DNA of 64,000 nt from Eledone cirrhosa (GCA_964016885.1 OZ024742.1:46438001-46502000); one strand, 5' to 3'. Shown: positions 13,724 through 27,586, numbered from the stretch's first letter. Translations and numbers: made by a program. Notes: a model not told the origin generated them from the sequence alone.

Positions 13724-14700
13724 ATATTGTTATACTTTGGGAGGGTCATGTTGCCAATAAGAAACACACGCACCAGTTGCTTTCACTTCAATTTATTATA
13801 TATTTATAAATTTATAAACTTACAAATCTACAAACTTATGGTTGGTTGTTTGTTCTATGTGTGTGTGTGTTTTCATTTTGTCCTTAATTGTAAGTTGTGA
13901 TGTTGCTGTTCCACTCATATTTTCTATTTAATTTTGGTTGTAATTCTTTTATGCTTACTGCCTCTGTAATTTGCCTAAACATTGCATCTTTTCTGTGTGT
14001 GGATTCTATTTTTATTTCTATGTTCTCTAATTTACCCTTGTGCTCTATCTTAGCATGTTGGTAGAGCACAGATGATTCTTTATTATCTTGAAGGTCTCGC
14101 CAGTGTTCATTTATTCGTTCCCCTATACTACGAGCTGTCTCACCTATGTACACTATATTTTTGTTTCTACATTGTCCTTCAGTACATCTTATGCTATACA
14201 CTACATTTCTAGTTTTACAGTTAATATGGGGGCTTATTTTACACACACACATAGATCAAACAACCAACCAACAACATGTAAATAAATAAATAAATAAATA
14301 AACAAATAGATAAATGAACACAAACACACACAGACACCCGGATGTGGCGCATGCGCAAACTGAGCACACAACACACACACAGAAACAAAATGGCGTGGGA
14401 CAGAAGAAAGGAAAGGCACAGAAACAAAGAAAGGAATCCCCTGTCACTGAAGAGGTCACAGAGTGTGTGACGAAAGGACTATGACTATATATAAACAACT
14501 ATCTGGTTGTGGAACCAACCAACCAACCAGAAATTTATAAGTTTGTAGATTTGTAAATTAATAAATTTATAAATATATAATAAATTGAAGTGAAAGCAAC
14601 TGGTGCGTGTGTTTCTTATTGGCAACATGACCCTCCCAAAGTATAACAATATCGGTTTCAACACACGATTTCAGATAAAGAATCTTGCTAAACAAATTCA
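13724..14700 (-). mobile_element. 5'-truncated Naiad-like PLE: GIY-YIG end (13884-14240) with inverted pLTR
   Basis: CKTRNVVYSIRC...YIGETARSIGERINEH..LYQH..RQITEA..LNRK.EW; IR 13725-13870 versus 14243-14652. Confidence 0.88.
14443..14485 (+). ncRNA. Minimal type I hammerhead in Naiad-like pLTR
   Basis: GTCA CTGAAGA g GTCACA gagtg TGTGAC GAA AGGACT A TGAC; homolog at 45247-45289 (-). Confidence 0.75.
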
Positions 14701-14720
14701 GAAACGAAATATATATATAT

Positions 14721-15544
14721 ATAAAGATTTACATATACACAAACTAGACAAAGTCACAGATATATATGTTTTTGTTTTGGCAACCATTCACGATATGGCT
14801 CAATGATGAATTAATAAATTAAATGATCAGAGCAATATTCTATAAAGTATGTCCATAGAATCATTTAATAATATATATACACCATTTCCTCTCCCAATTA
14901 GCATAATTAACCACATAAAAAATCAATTAGACCAGGCTATAAGATTAAAAGGCACCTATGAAGAAATAGTAGATAAATAAACGACAGCAATCTCTTCACG
15001 GCCGACCGCCATAGAATATTTACCCAACATTTCAACAGCACGTGGAAATCAATTAAATATACGGTCAACCATACACAATTAGGTATAAAATTAAAGTTAT
15101 AAGAAATGCATATACACCTACTAGGATTATGTCTCTACCTTCGGGTTTCGTTCGCATTTGGAGATATCCTATTAAGGATAAAATCTCGAGCTTCGAACTC
15201 ATCAGGAAACAAACTCATAGGACAAGTAATTTTCTAAAGTGATCTCCGCCAGAAACAAATTCAAAATGGCTGAGAATTGTGGCGTGGCAGTGGTCAAGTC
15301 AGAAAGAATGTGATTGGTTGCTTACGGCGAGTGGGCTGGTTGCTAGAAAGCGCAGCTCAATTTTGCCCAAATTGCATCTCAACCTAATGGGAGATTATTA
15401 AATATAAAGATTTACATATGCACAAACTAGACAAAGTCACAGATATATATGTTTTTGTTTTGGCAACCATTCACGATGTGGCTCAATGATGAATTAATAA
15501 ATTAAATGATCAGAGCAATATACTATAAAGTATGTCCATAGAAT

Positions 15545-15549
<5 letters not shown>
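14721..15549 (-). mobile_element. Non-coding direct-repeat-bounded hammerhead element (retrozyme or non-autonomous PLE-like)
   Basis: ~146-bp direct repeats 14721-14866 and 15404-15549 (683-bp period); no ORF; flanked by (TA)n. Confidence 0.75.
15130..15211 (-). ncRNA. Type I hammerhead ribozyme, intact, extended stem II
   Basis: Minus strand: TGTTTC CTGATGA GTTCG..GAGAT..ATCCTtaatAGGAT ATCTC..CGAAC GAA ACC cgaa GGT A GAGACA. Confidence 0.88.
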
Positions 15550-15605
<56 letters not shown>

Positions 15606-15735
15606 ATGTATATATATATGTGTGTGTATATGTATATGTATGTATATGTATATATATATATATATGTGTGTATATATATGTATACATGTATGTCTGTGTG
15701 TGTGTATGTGGACCCCACAACATTACGTGGATATC

Positions 15736-15789
<54 letters not shown>

Positions 15790-15869
15790 TGTATATATAT
15801 ATATATATTCTGGCAATATTACGCAAATATGACCCTCCCCAAATATAACAATATATATATATATATTTA

Positions 15870-18010
15870 TTAAAATAACAGATTAAAGTTTAAGCAAAGA
15901 ATCGCTGCTTTCACCCTTAACGGGATCTTCTGAAACTAACAAAGTCAATCTGTAAACGCAGAAGTTGATATTTCAAAAAACGTTGCAACCGGATGAAGAC
16001 AGGAAGACGATACTTTGGTTCGTGGAAACGTACCCTGGCAAAGAACGGGAAAAAACGAATATCATACGTCATTAATAGGAGCGGTGAAAAACAATTACAC
16101 GCAAAGACAGAACCACGTTTATGGTATAAAAGAAGTCGTAGACTAATGTTCTCTTAGGTGGTTAATAGAGACGTTCTCTGGCAATGAACGAAAAAAAACG
16201 AAGATAATACGTCATATGTAGAGCGTGGAGAACAATTGCACGCAAAGACAAAACCACGTAAATGGTATAGCTGAAGTCGTAGACTAAAATTCTAACTAGG
16301 AAACCGAATGATTCTCCGCGTCAGAGTTAAGAATAAAGTAAATAAGATACAATACAGAGGTAATTGATATTAAATAAATACATACACGCATCCAAATACG
16401 TACATACACGAGCATACGCGTAAACACTCGCCATAGGTATACAAAACCACGCACATATAAATATGTGTGTGTGTGCGCGCGTGTATACAAATAAATAAGT
16501 AATTAAATAAACGTATATAAATAAATAAATACGTATATAACAAGCGAGCACACATAACTACATGTAAATACACAAATGTTCGGAGACGTACGTCAACCAA
16601 AACATGAAGTACACATATACACACACCCAACATACGTACGAACCCGCATACTCACACAGACGCAAAACTCCCGTATACACACAACCAAAAGCATATGTAC
16701 CAGAATATATAAAAATATACGCCATAACATATACAATCAAATATACGTACGAGAAAGTATACGTACCTTCACGAAACATACAGGTAATATATACTTACCT
16801 ATGCAAATAAGTAATGGTATAAAGATAACATATACTTAGCTACCACATCAAGACGTAAAATATCCACGTATAGATCGTACTATCCGTTAGGGTATAATGT
16901 GGGCTGTAATCCAGGAAAGTTTTGTGCAATTTATGTTTACAAGCCGAAATTGCCTCAGATTTTTTGACCATGACTAAGTGCGGCCTTGTACTTGCGACAG
17001 GTTCAGAAAAGAACTCACAGCCTTCTTTAAAGGCTTCAACCTCTCTATACAGGTTGAGGCCAACCTCTCGGTCGTTCATTACCTCAACGTTACCCTCAAT
17101 TTATCGAATGGCTTGTATTACTCGTATAGAAAGCCGAATGATACGCTTAATTACATAAGTAAGCATTGCAACCATCCTGCCAGCATAACCAAGAACCTGG
17201 TAAGAAACGTTTCGTTGAGGCTTTCCCGTCTATCCACTAACGAGCATATTTTCAACGACCATTCCACTTATTACAATGAAGCTCTTGCTCGGAGTGGATT
17301 TGTCGATAAGGTACCATATACAGAGTACGAGAATGACCTAGAAGAAATAGATCCCGTCGCATTATATGGTATAACCCACCATATAATATGGAGGTGGCCA
17401 CACCATTAGCTAAGATCTTTCTATCCCTTATTACGAAGCATTTTCCCCCTACACATAAACATAGTAACATTTTTAATAGAAATACTATTAAAATTTCTTA
17501 CTCTACGACTCCTAACCTTGCACATAACATCACAGCTTCAAATTTAGCCAAACTACCTAGCCGTAGGAACACGTGCAACCCTGTAGTTAGTACTAACTGT
17601 AATTGTAGGAATCGGGTTGATTGCCCCCTATCCGGGAAATGCCTCTCTCGTAACATTGTCTACAAATGTAAGGTTGAAACACCCACGTCCCACAGGGCCT
17701 ACATAGGGTTAACCGCCAATAGATTCAAGCAGCGTCTTTACATGCATGCCCATTCTTTTCGTTACCCTCTAAGAAGGAATATGACGTCATTTTCAGCTTA
17801 TATCTGGAGTCTAAAAGACAACCACACCCAATATAAGTTACACTGGAGATCCTAGCTAGGGCTAGATCGTATAACTGAAATAAAAGACCATGTGACCTCT
17901 GCACCGCCGAGGCCCTGGAAATACTCTACGCCACAGACCACATCTTAAACAAAAAATCTGAGGCAATTTCGGCTTGTAAACCTAAATTGCACAAAACTTT
18001 CCTGTATTAC
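15870..18010 (+). mobile_element. Hydra-like PLE: RT thumb plus GIY-YIG (16970-18010) preceded by an inverted 3' end (16968 to 15870)
   Basis: YLNVTLNL, YRKPND.LNYISKHCNHPASI, CNCRNRVDCPLSGKCL, VYKC...[25 protein letters not shown] occurs on both strands; ~143-bp tandem duplication at 16020-16290. Confidence 0.85.
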
Positions 18011-18083
18011 AGGAAAGTATACATGTACATATATGTATATATGTATATATGTGTATGTATATGTATGTATAATAGTATATACG

Positions 18084-18129
<46 letters not shown>

Positions 18130-18275
18130 TATATGTGTATATATATGTATGTGTATATGTATGTATATATATATATATATATATGTATATGTATATATGT
18201 GTGTGTATGTATATATACATGTGTATTTCTGTAGATGTGTTTGTATATGTTTATATATATGTGTATATTTATATG

Positions 18276-18366
<91 letters not shown>

Positions 18367-18389
18367 GTGTGTGTGTGTATATATATATA

Positions 18390-18524
<135 letters not shown>

Positions 18525-18709
18525 ATGTGAATGTGTCTGTTGACACCTGGAATATAGCTTAAGAGAAATATGACAATAATGATATTAAAGAATTAGCTTT
18601 TAATGAATTCCATTTTCTTTCAATCAATGACCTCCACCCATCCCACTCCCCACCCTCTCCTACCACCTGAAAAGATATAAATACCACAACATTTATTTTT
18701 GGAAAGCCA

Positions 18710-18758
18710 GATTCCTGATGATTTCTAAAGAATGAAGCAGTTCTAGTCCTGTAGAATC
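18710..18758 (+). ncRNA. Type I hammerhead (A15.1G variant) in element 18540-18845
   Basis: GATTC CTGATGA tttctaaagaat GAA GCAG ttctagtc CTGT A GAATC; inverted homolog of 10270-10470. Confidence 0.7.
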
Positions 18759-18846
18759 GCATCTATATTAAAATCTTTATACTCTGCTATGTATTGAGTA
18801 CCTTACTTACTGTGGTTACCTCCGATTCAACCCGGAATAACGTACC

Positions 18847-18877
<31 letters not shown>

Positions 18878-19395
18878 TATCTGGTAAGCTTTCTTGGACA
18901 TTTATGCATATATTGATATTCCTTATTATATTTAAGTGATGTGTAGCTACACTGGATTTAGATGAGTTAATAAAAATCTTAAGGCTTCAGCATTGACTAA
19001 TTGTGCCATTAAACTGGAAGCCAGGTTGAAAGTTTGAAACAAACAATAAAGTTCACGATGTAAATACTCTCCGTAGGTTCTATGGCTTTGAAAAGGATGA
19101 TGGCACATTTTTGACAGAATTGAATCCAGTTCATTCATCCGATTATTAAAAGGTGATTTGACTTTTACTTTCAATTGTATCAAGGACAATGCTCATCCTT
19201 TCTTTTAAATTTTCTATGGCAAGTTTAACGTTTATTCAATTCTAAGAACAAGAGCAGTTGTAATCCCCACCCAGCAGCCTTTCAAATTATGTATGAATTA
19301 AGGAACAAGCACAGGTGTGAAATGGTTGTTTTTCAAACTGAAGTTAAATATAATCTGGAAGGCTCGTTTCAAGATTCGGCGCCATGATTCTTTCA

Positions 19396-19480
19396 AGAAG
19401 AAGAAGAAGAAGAAGAAGAAGAAGAAGAAGAAGAAGAAGAAGAAGAAGAAGAAGAAGAAGAAGAAGAAGAAGAAGAAGAA
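19396..19480 (+). repeat. (AAG)n microsatellite
   Basis: Pure gaa repeat. Confidence 0.95.
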
Positions 19481-19678
19481 GGTTTACGTTGATTTTAAAA
19501 TACTTCATATATATTAATTGAATTTAGTGAAGTTTAAGAACATTAAGCATATGGCCATCATGCACAGCTTAATTCATCTCCAACAGATACCCTGCTCTTC
19601 TAAAAGCCTGTGCATAACATCAAGTCTGCATACTTACACATTACACACATATATATATATATAAATAAAACTCATTTT

Positions 19679-19713
<35 letters not shown>

Positions 19714-20220
19714 CAGGAAAGAACTAACAGTCCCTTCATCTAATATAGACCACATAAATATTGAACCCACCTCACACCACAAATATTACTATCCTCACTA
19801 CAGTGATAAATATTTCATCTGTCAGATAATAAATAATTCTTACGGTCACCAGACCTACAGTAAAGGAAATGGTTCATTGTTTAAAGCCACCGGCTTATCT
19901 CTACACTATATATAATACACCCCATGACAGCTTTTACATGTCAATTTCATACATCTGCCTCATGTCAGCTAGTTTTACACGCTAAAGTCGTAGATATACT
20001 ATGTTTCTTACCTAGATTGATGTTGTGATTATTTCAAATAAGTTATTGCTAGCATTGTTAGTATTGTTGTTATTGTTCTGATTGAATGCCGTTACTACTA
20101 TATATAGTAGCCATGCCTGTATATTCATTTCATTCTCACAAGCTCCGATGAATTGACTGGTTACAACTATGTATTGGTGATCGAATGACGCGAAAACAAG
20201 CGGGTAGCGATCTCTAGACC

Positions 20221-20579
<359 letters not shown>

Positions 20580-20985
20580 AGAAAATGAGTTTATTTTTAA
20601 ATGAAAAAAAAACGAGATGTCCTACACGAGTGAAAGTATAAGGAAAACAGATGAAATCGTAAAATGCAACTGGGGTCATTTTAAGAATATTTATTTGTTT
20701 CCTTTACCGGTTTCACAGTTTTTATGCTTTTCAAAAGTAGAATTGAGATGGAGGGTCTGTGGTTTTTCTCGCATCTGGTTGGTGTTCGAATGTTACTTCT
20801 GTTTTATGTGGAAAATAAAACAGAAATAACATTCGAACACCAACCAGATGCGAGAAAAACCACAGACCCTCCATCTCAATTCTACTTTTGAAAAGCATAA
20901 GAACTGTGAAACCGGTAAAGGAAACAAATAAATATTCTTAAAACGACTCCAGTTGCATTTTCGATTTCATCTTTTTTCTTTATAT
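20580..20985. mobile_element. Fold-back element (IR ~20639-20794/20827-20983) with U3-A8 hammerhead on both strands
   Basis: Plus strand 20880-20923: TTCta CTT TTGAAAA GCA taagaac TGT GAA ACCGGT A AAG GAA; mirror copy at 20698-20741. Confidence 0.72.
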
Positions 20986-21409
20986 ATATATATATATATA
21001 TATACGGGATAACAGGTTATCGTTATAGGCAGTCCAGTTAGAGTACTCCGTGTAGTGGATAGTATTAACGTGTGGCTTAGTTTGACTCAACAAGACGTTT
21101 CCATAGTAATGCTGCGAGTTCGCGGTGATTTCTATGTAGTTTATACTTGGAGTAATAATAATTCAAGAAACAAGAGTGACATGATTCGCTATACAATATA
21201 TATATATATATATACAGTGGCTGACTGGGTCTAAAAATATTGGTTACCAGGAGATAAAGGGAGCCCACCTATATATAGAATGCTATCATTTAATCTTTAT
21301 AATGAATAAATAACATTTTCGAAAAATACAGAAGTGGAAACAAAACGGTGCAATAACATTTTTGCGGAAAAATATCTACTTTCCGAAATCCAGAGACTTT
21401 CAATAATGA

Positions 21410-21572
21410 CCAGAAGTCCACCCTGGTCGTGAGTGGGGTTCCTGGTAAACCTTTTCTGTTTTTTTCTATTGGTTGTAAAATAAAAACTGAAAAAGGTTAC
21501 ATGTACCTCTTGACTAGGATTGAACCCAACGGCAGGATCTCCACATTCTCTAGTACCTACCGCTAGAGACAA
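21410..21572 (-). mobile_element. tRNA-derived SINE
   Basis: Minus strand A box (tctagcggtagg) and B box (gggttcaatcc); homolog at 22380-22522. Confidence 0.6.
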
Positions 21573-21929
21573 CTACGAAAATCTTATGAAAATTCATACT
21601 TATAAACCTACATTCAAAATTTCAAAACAAAGTGTTGTGGTGTCGTTCATGTCTTTCTTAATGTTATTGCTCCTACTTAAGGTCGACTTCCAAATCATTT
21701 GGGTGTTCCATAAACTACATCCTCGTTTTCTTTCACATCTATCTAAACTATATTTTAACCTGTAATCCATGTTTCATTTCTATTGCACCTCATTTCTCCC
21801 CCACCTCTCTCTCTCTTTCTCTCTGTGATATTTGAATCTACTGTGATTTGGGCTTATTTATTCATATATATATATTTTAGGATGTCAGATTCAAACTTAC
21901 AATGATTGGCATTATATATATACATATAA

Positions 21930-22115
21930 TGTGGATTGGCAGTATCGGTAGAGGTTCGGACGCCATGCTTTCCAGAATAGTTACGTCCCTTTACGATCTG
22001 AGTTCAAATCCCACCGAGGTTGACTTTGCCTTTCATCCTTACGGGGTCGATAAAATAAAGTACCAGTAATGCACTGGGTAATTGCTGGCCTTGTGCCTAA
22101 AGTAGAAACAATTAT
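21930..22115 (+). mobile_element. tRNA-derived SINE with Meta-like central domain
   Basis: B box gagttcaaatccc; gcctttcatccttacggggtcgataaaataaagtacc; inverted copy at 33111-33295. Confidence 0.8.
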
Positions 22116-22379
22116 ATATATACATATATTATTTGTTTGCTAAAATAATCAAATTAAATTAATTCAACAGTTAAACACACACGGGAATAATAAGGTTGTT
22201 ACCAAAGGGTCAGAAGATTGACAAGTCGACCCTTAATATTACTAATAGCTCTAGGAAAGCTATCAACGAGACAACATCTTTTAAATTTTGATTTTGAAAG
22301 TAGATTTATAATTATCAATTAATTTTGTACCTGTCTCGGTAGCTAGCTGGAAGAATCATAGACGGTGGTGATCCTAGTC

Positions 22380-22522
22380 TGAAGTCCGTTCCTGGTCGGG
22401 AGTAGGGTTCCCGGTAAACGTTTTCAGTTTTTTCTATTGGTTGTAAAATAAAAACCTCTTGACCAGGATTGAAACCAAGGCGAGGTTCTCCGCCGTCTCT
22501 AGCACCTACCGCTAGGCCACAG
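22380..22522 (-). mobile_element. tRNA-derived SINE
   Basis: Minus strand TGGCCTAGCGG (A box) and GGTTTCAATCC (B box). Confidence 0.65.
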
Positions 22523-22581
22523 TATATATATATATATACAGTATATATATATATATATATATATACAGTATATATATATAT

Positions 22582-22733
<152 letters not shown>

Positions 22734-22746
22734 TATATATATATAT

Positions 22747-22848
<102 letters not shown>

Positions 22849-23307
22849 CACCACTAATTGATTTGACAGATGTCTTTAACCCATTGATACCAAATATTAT
22901 TTGGTCAGTAGTTCGTGTGTAAATAATATATATATGCTTGTGTGTCTGTGTCTATATATGTATGTGTGCATCCATGAATCAATCAACTATGCTTTAGATT
23001 TATTAGAATGTACAACCACTGATTCCAGCTATTTGCACTATCGTATATTTGGGTTTCTAGTAATTCCCTGGGGAATTGGTTGACCAAATTCTTTGCTTAA
23101 TTGTTTTGTTTATTGTTTTAAAAACTTTATTCTTTCTCTTAGATTTCAGGTATTTTTTGAAAGCAAAACATTGGCCCCTAAAATGCTACAGTGGGCCCTG
23201 CAATGCTACTGTGGGCTCTTGCAATGCTTCCATGGGCCCTCTGGGGACCACTTGCCATTGGAAAACCTGGCAACCTGGCCAGTCAGCCACTGTATATATA
23301 TATATAT

Positions 23308-23678
23308 ATGGGGTAACAAGTTATCGTTTTAGGTAATCCAGTTAGAGGCTATGAGTACTCTGTACTATGGATAGTTTTAACGTACGGCGTTGTTTGACTC
23401 AACAAGAGGTTTCCTTAGTTAGGTAGCGAGTTTCCAAGAATTCTCATGCAAGTTATTCTTGGAGTAATAGTAGTGAAAGAATGAAGAATAACATGGTCGG
23501 CTGTACAAAAAGGGTTTTATTTACAGTATTAACAATTGTTTCATTGATTAGGTGAGTCTAAAGGCCTCGAGTGATTAGAGGCCTTTAGACTCACCTAATC
23601 AATGAAACAATTGTTAATACTGTAAATAAAACCCTTTTTGTACAGCCAACCATGTTATTCTTCATTCTTTCCCTACTA
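23308..23678 (-). mobile_element. Fold-back element (IR 23468-23568/23578-23678) with hammerhead 3' half
   Basis: ~100-bp near-perfect arms; GAA ACAATTGT T palindromic stem III; 160-nt one-sided tail. Confidence 0.75.
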
Positions 23679-23689
23679 TATATACATAT

Positions 23690-24195
23690 ATATATGAATG
23701 TACATATAGTGTATTTTGCAACAAGCTGACAGAGCCCTGTTTCACCCTGTTTGCTGAAAATTATGTGCGTTGGATTCTTATAAAATTCCAGTAATAATCA
23801 GGAACTGATGATACAGAGCGGTCGCCGGTCCAGCAGAAATTGAAAATTAGAATTGGTGCTCTGAAATAGCCATATATATATGAATGTATATATAGTGTAT
23901 TTTGCAATACACTGTATGCTTAATTAAAAGCATTTTGAAGACAATACGCTATTGTTTTAAAGTAGCAACAATGTCGCTTACTTAAATTTTCATCAAACAG
24001 GGAGAGTAGTGAGCTTTGATTAGTGCCAAAAAGTACGAAACAGAGATCTGTCAGCTTATCTCCCCTTGTTTGCTGAAAATTTAAGTAAGCGACATTGTCG
24101 CTACTTTAAAACAATAGCGTATAGTCTTCAAAAGGCTTTATTGCAAAATACACTATATATATATTCATATATATATCGCTATTTGAGAGCACCAA

Positions 24196-24202
<7 letters not shown>
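23690..24202. mobile_element. Tandem plus inverted pLTR-like element with degenerate hammerhead 24011-24057 (+); relative at 25905-26260
   Basis: GAGCT TTGATTA GTGC caaaaa GTAC GAA ACAG agat CTGT C AGCTT; IR ~23847-24003/24062-24202. Confidence 0.65.
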
Positions 24203-24283
<81 letters not shown>

Positions 24284-24329
24284 ATATATGATATTTATAT
24301 ATATATATGATATTTTCGGCTTTATTATG

Positions 24330-25172
24330 TAGAAACAACGTAATCAAGCTGGAGCTTGATAACACATGTCTTCCCAATTAGGTGGCTGTTGCAATACGTA
24401 TGTCGAGTTTGGGAGGATAAGTGGCCCACGTTTGATTTGTGAGTAGTAATGAATACAGGTTGGCTTTAGATTTAGGGTGCTTTTGGAGGGTTTGTAGACC
24501 AATTGGTGTAATAACGGTTATATTTACGTATATATATATATATATATTTTTTTTTATATATAAAGTTAACAACATTTGTATTTTTAGTTGTTAAAATGAC
24601 TTTTACACAGAGAAATTTGTTTTTGTGAAAATTATTTACAGTAATATTTGTTGCAATCTGAGCCACGAAACCTTAAAAGTGGTAAATAATTATATGCATA
24701 TACACCAGGTCCGAACACAATTGAACCAAACTCCCACTGTCACTGCATCCGTCTCTCCCACTTTCCATATCTCTCCCTATTGTGAGTAAGTGGGGAGCCC
24801 ACGCGCCGGCCACCAGATGTTTCCCCGTAGGATGGTTAGGAAGAGGCGCTGGATGAGCCATTCGAGCTCGCGAGGTTCCCACCTGCAAGTAGCCAACTCT
24901 GTTCCGATGGTGGTGAGTAGGGAGGTAGCTCTAGGGCCAGAAGTCTCCACTGCTATGGGATGGACCGCAAACCTGTCGTAGAGCGACCGATATTTGGACA
25001 GTTTACGCTCCTCGACTCGAAGTACAGCAGAGCTTGTGTTAGTTGCAGACTGCATTAGGTTGCCGCTGGAGAATGTCTCGCTGATTGTGACATCATGGAT
25101 GAGGGGTTCACCACAGCGGAACGGGAAGATGGTCATGCCGTTTGGTCTTTTGCCGTCCCCTCGGTCCAACTC

Positions 25173-25173
<1 letters not shown>
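24330..25173 (-). mobile_element. CRE-like non-LTR retrotransposon 3' fragment (restriction-like endonuclease)
   Basis: DGKRPNGMT..HDVT..EERKLSKY..PIAVETSG..LIQRLFLTILRGN. Confidence 0.78.
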
Positions 25174-25234
<61 letters not shown>

Positions 25235-25238
<4 letters not shown>

Positions 25239-25689
25239 CGATATTAACAAATGGAAACTATATTTATAAAACCATATTTATTTCATTATACATATTTCAA
25301 GGACACCAAGTTAAATTATGGTGTGCTTTCATCAGATAAAATATAATATAGAGCAGTTTTATAAATAAATATTGACATACCCTTAAAGAATACAACCATT
25401 TCCGTTGGAAGCTCTCGGATATCCGGGAGCTTCCAACGGAAATGGTTGTATTCTTTAAGGGTATGTCAATATTTATTTATAAAACTGCTCTATATTATAT
25501 TTTATCTGATGAAAGCACACCATAATTTAACTTGGTGTCCTTGAAATATGTATAATGAAATAAATATGGTTTTATAAATATAGTTTCCATTTGTTAATAT
25601 CGTATTTTTACTCCAATTATTTGTTGAGTACTTTATATCAGTTATAAAAATATTTGCTTGTTGTATCCCAACAATTTAAATAAAACTTT

Positions 25690-25693
<4 letters not shown>
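25235..25693. mobile_element. Near-perfect palindrome (25235-25606) with complete hammerheads on both strands, plus tail
   Basis: Plus strand 25498-25562: TATTTTAT CTGATGA AAGcACACCA..TGGTGTcCTT GAA ATATGTAT A ATGAAATA; mirror at 25279-25343; centre ggat|atcc. Confidence 0.85.
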
Positions 25694-25738
<45 letters not shown>

Positions 25739-25842
25739 TTATCTCTCTTTTATATTCAATTATATTATACGGCCCAGAAAAATCTGTTTCCTTGAGCTAT
25801 TTAATTGTAAGAAGCTATTTTGAGTTTCTAACTCAATAGATA

Positions 25843-25914
<72 letters not shown>

Positions 25915-26266
25915 TGTATGTATAGTATATTTGGTAATATACCGTATGTTTAATTAAAAACATTTAGAAGACCATATGCTATCGGTTTTAAAGTAGTGAC
26001 TATGTCACTTACTTCTTTTCGGCGAAAGAAGGGAGGGAAGCTAACAGTCTGTTTCACGCCGTTTAACGATCACCAGAGCCACGCACACCCTGCTTCCACC
26101 TAAAATTATAGAACCTGGATTCTTATAGAATTCCAGTAATAATGAGGAACTGATTATACAGAGCGATTGCGGTCTAGCAAAAATTAGGTATTAGGATTGG
26201 TGCTCTGAAGTAGCGATGTATACATGAATGTATGTATAGTATATTCGGCAATATATTTATATATAT

Positions 26267-26946
26267 ATATGAATAAAGTGGTCCTTTATCAGTGATCTTC
26301 CAACCATCACAGGTATATATCTTCGCTTTAAAGACACCATATACCTCCGGTTGGTGCGAGCAACGACTAAAAAAAGTCGATGGGACACGTAAATAAAAGG
26401 GGACAGCGAGAGCGTAAACAAACAAAGATGGTGAAGCAACGAAAAGTGAGGAAGAACGAGTCAAGTCCCAAATTTCCATGAATATAAGTTCGGTGAAATC
26501 GTGAACGAGAGAGAATAAAGACCATCAAACCTGGTTGGAATGTGAGCAAGGAAGGAATTCCGTACAGGTCTAACGGGAGGAAGAAGGAATCTAGTCTGTG
26601 AATTCGGTAAACATAAGTTCTGTGAAATCGTAGACGAGAGAGAAAAAAGGCGAACCAGCCTGACCAAGCGTGCGAAAGAAAAGAATTACGCACAGGTCAA
26701 ACGGGAAGAAGGAGGAGGAGGAGAGGTAGTAACAGAGAGTGAGTGAGTGAAGGGTGAGGAAGAGGCTAACAGAGAGAGTGACTGTTAGAGAGGGTAAAGA
26801 TACAGAGAAAGAGGAAGAGGACGCAGTAAGAACGAAATAGACGGGTCACAGCGGGGGAAAAATGTGTAAATATGAGAATAAACGTGCTGCGTGGTTGCAA
26901 ATGGGTTACATATGAATAAAGTGGTCCTTCATCAGTGATCTTCCAA
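26267..26946. mobile_element. Direct-repeat-bounded non-coding element in (TA)n
   Basis: 37-bp direct repeats atatgaataaagtggtcctt(t/c)atcagtgatcttccaa at both ends; internal ~120-bp tandem duplication at 26440-26710. Confidence 0.6.
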
Positions 26947-26974
26947 ATATATATATATATATATATATAATATA

Positions 26975-27537
26975 TTTAGAAACACACAGATACATGCGGA
27001 CACACACATATACATGAATGCATCCGCACCCAACCGTGAGTTAAGGGTGCCAACTTCACCGATGTTGCTCAATGAATGACTGGGACAGACCAATCCGGTT
27101 GAACTAGACTGAACCAGTATCCGAGTTAAAAATACATTATGAAGAGAGAAGAAACATTTAGATATAATTAGTAATAAAATGTATCATACCTAAACTGCTC
27201 CCCACCTCTTCTACGGCTTCGATATAAATACCCCCTCCGCCTCCGTGGTATTTTCTTCGGGGTTATAAGAGGCTTAGCTCTGTTTCTCGACCGTTATATC
27301 GCGTGACTATCTCCCCCTCCGCCTTTTGGGATTCTTTCTCACGTCGTGTAGACGCGTTCTTGAGACTAGTAAAATGAGGTATCCTCTTGATAAGTCGGCA
27401 GACCTCGCAAGGACTCTATATCTTTATGATGTATTGTTTTTGTTTATGCCACGAAACTACGTAGTCGAGGAATTTAGGAGCAGTTTAGGTATGATACATT
27501 TTATTACTAATTATATCTAAATGTTTCTTCTCTCTTC

Positions 27538-27542
<5 letters not shown>
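26975..27542. mobile_element. IR-bounded element (27136-27201/27477-27542) with U3-A8 hammerhead 27382-27471 (+)
   Basis: TCCTC TTGATAA GTcGGCA...TGCCAC GAA ACTACGTAGT C GAGGA. Confidence 0.8.

Positions 27543-27582
<40 letters not shown>

Positions 27583-27586
<4 letters not shown>

Noticed and set aside
23805-23850. CTGATGA...GAAA as a hammerhead
   Set aside because: No stem I or stem II could be formed, and the sister copy near 26150 reads CTGATTA.
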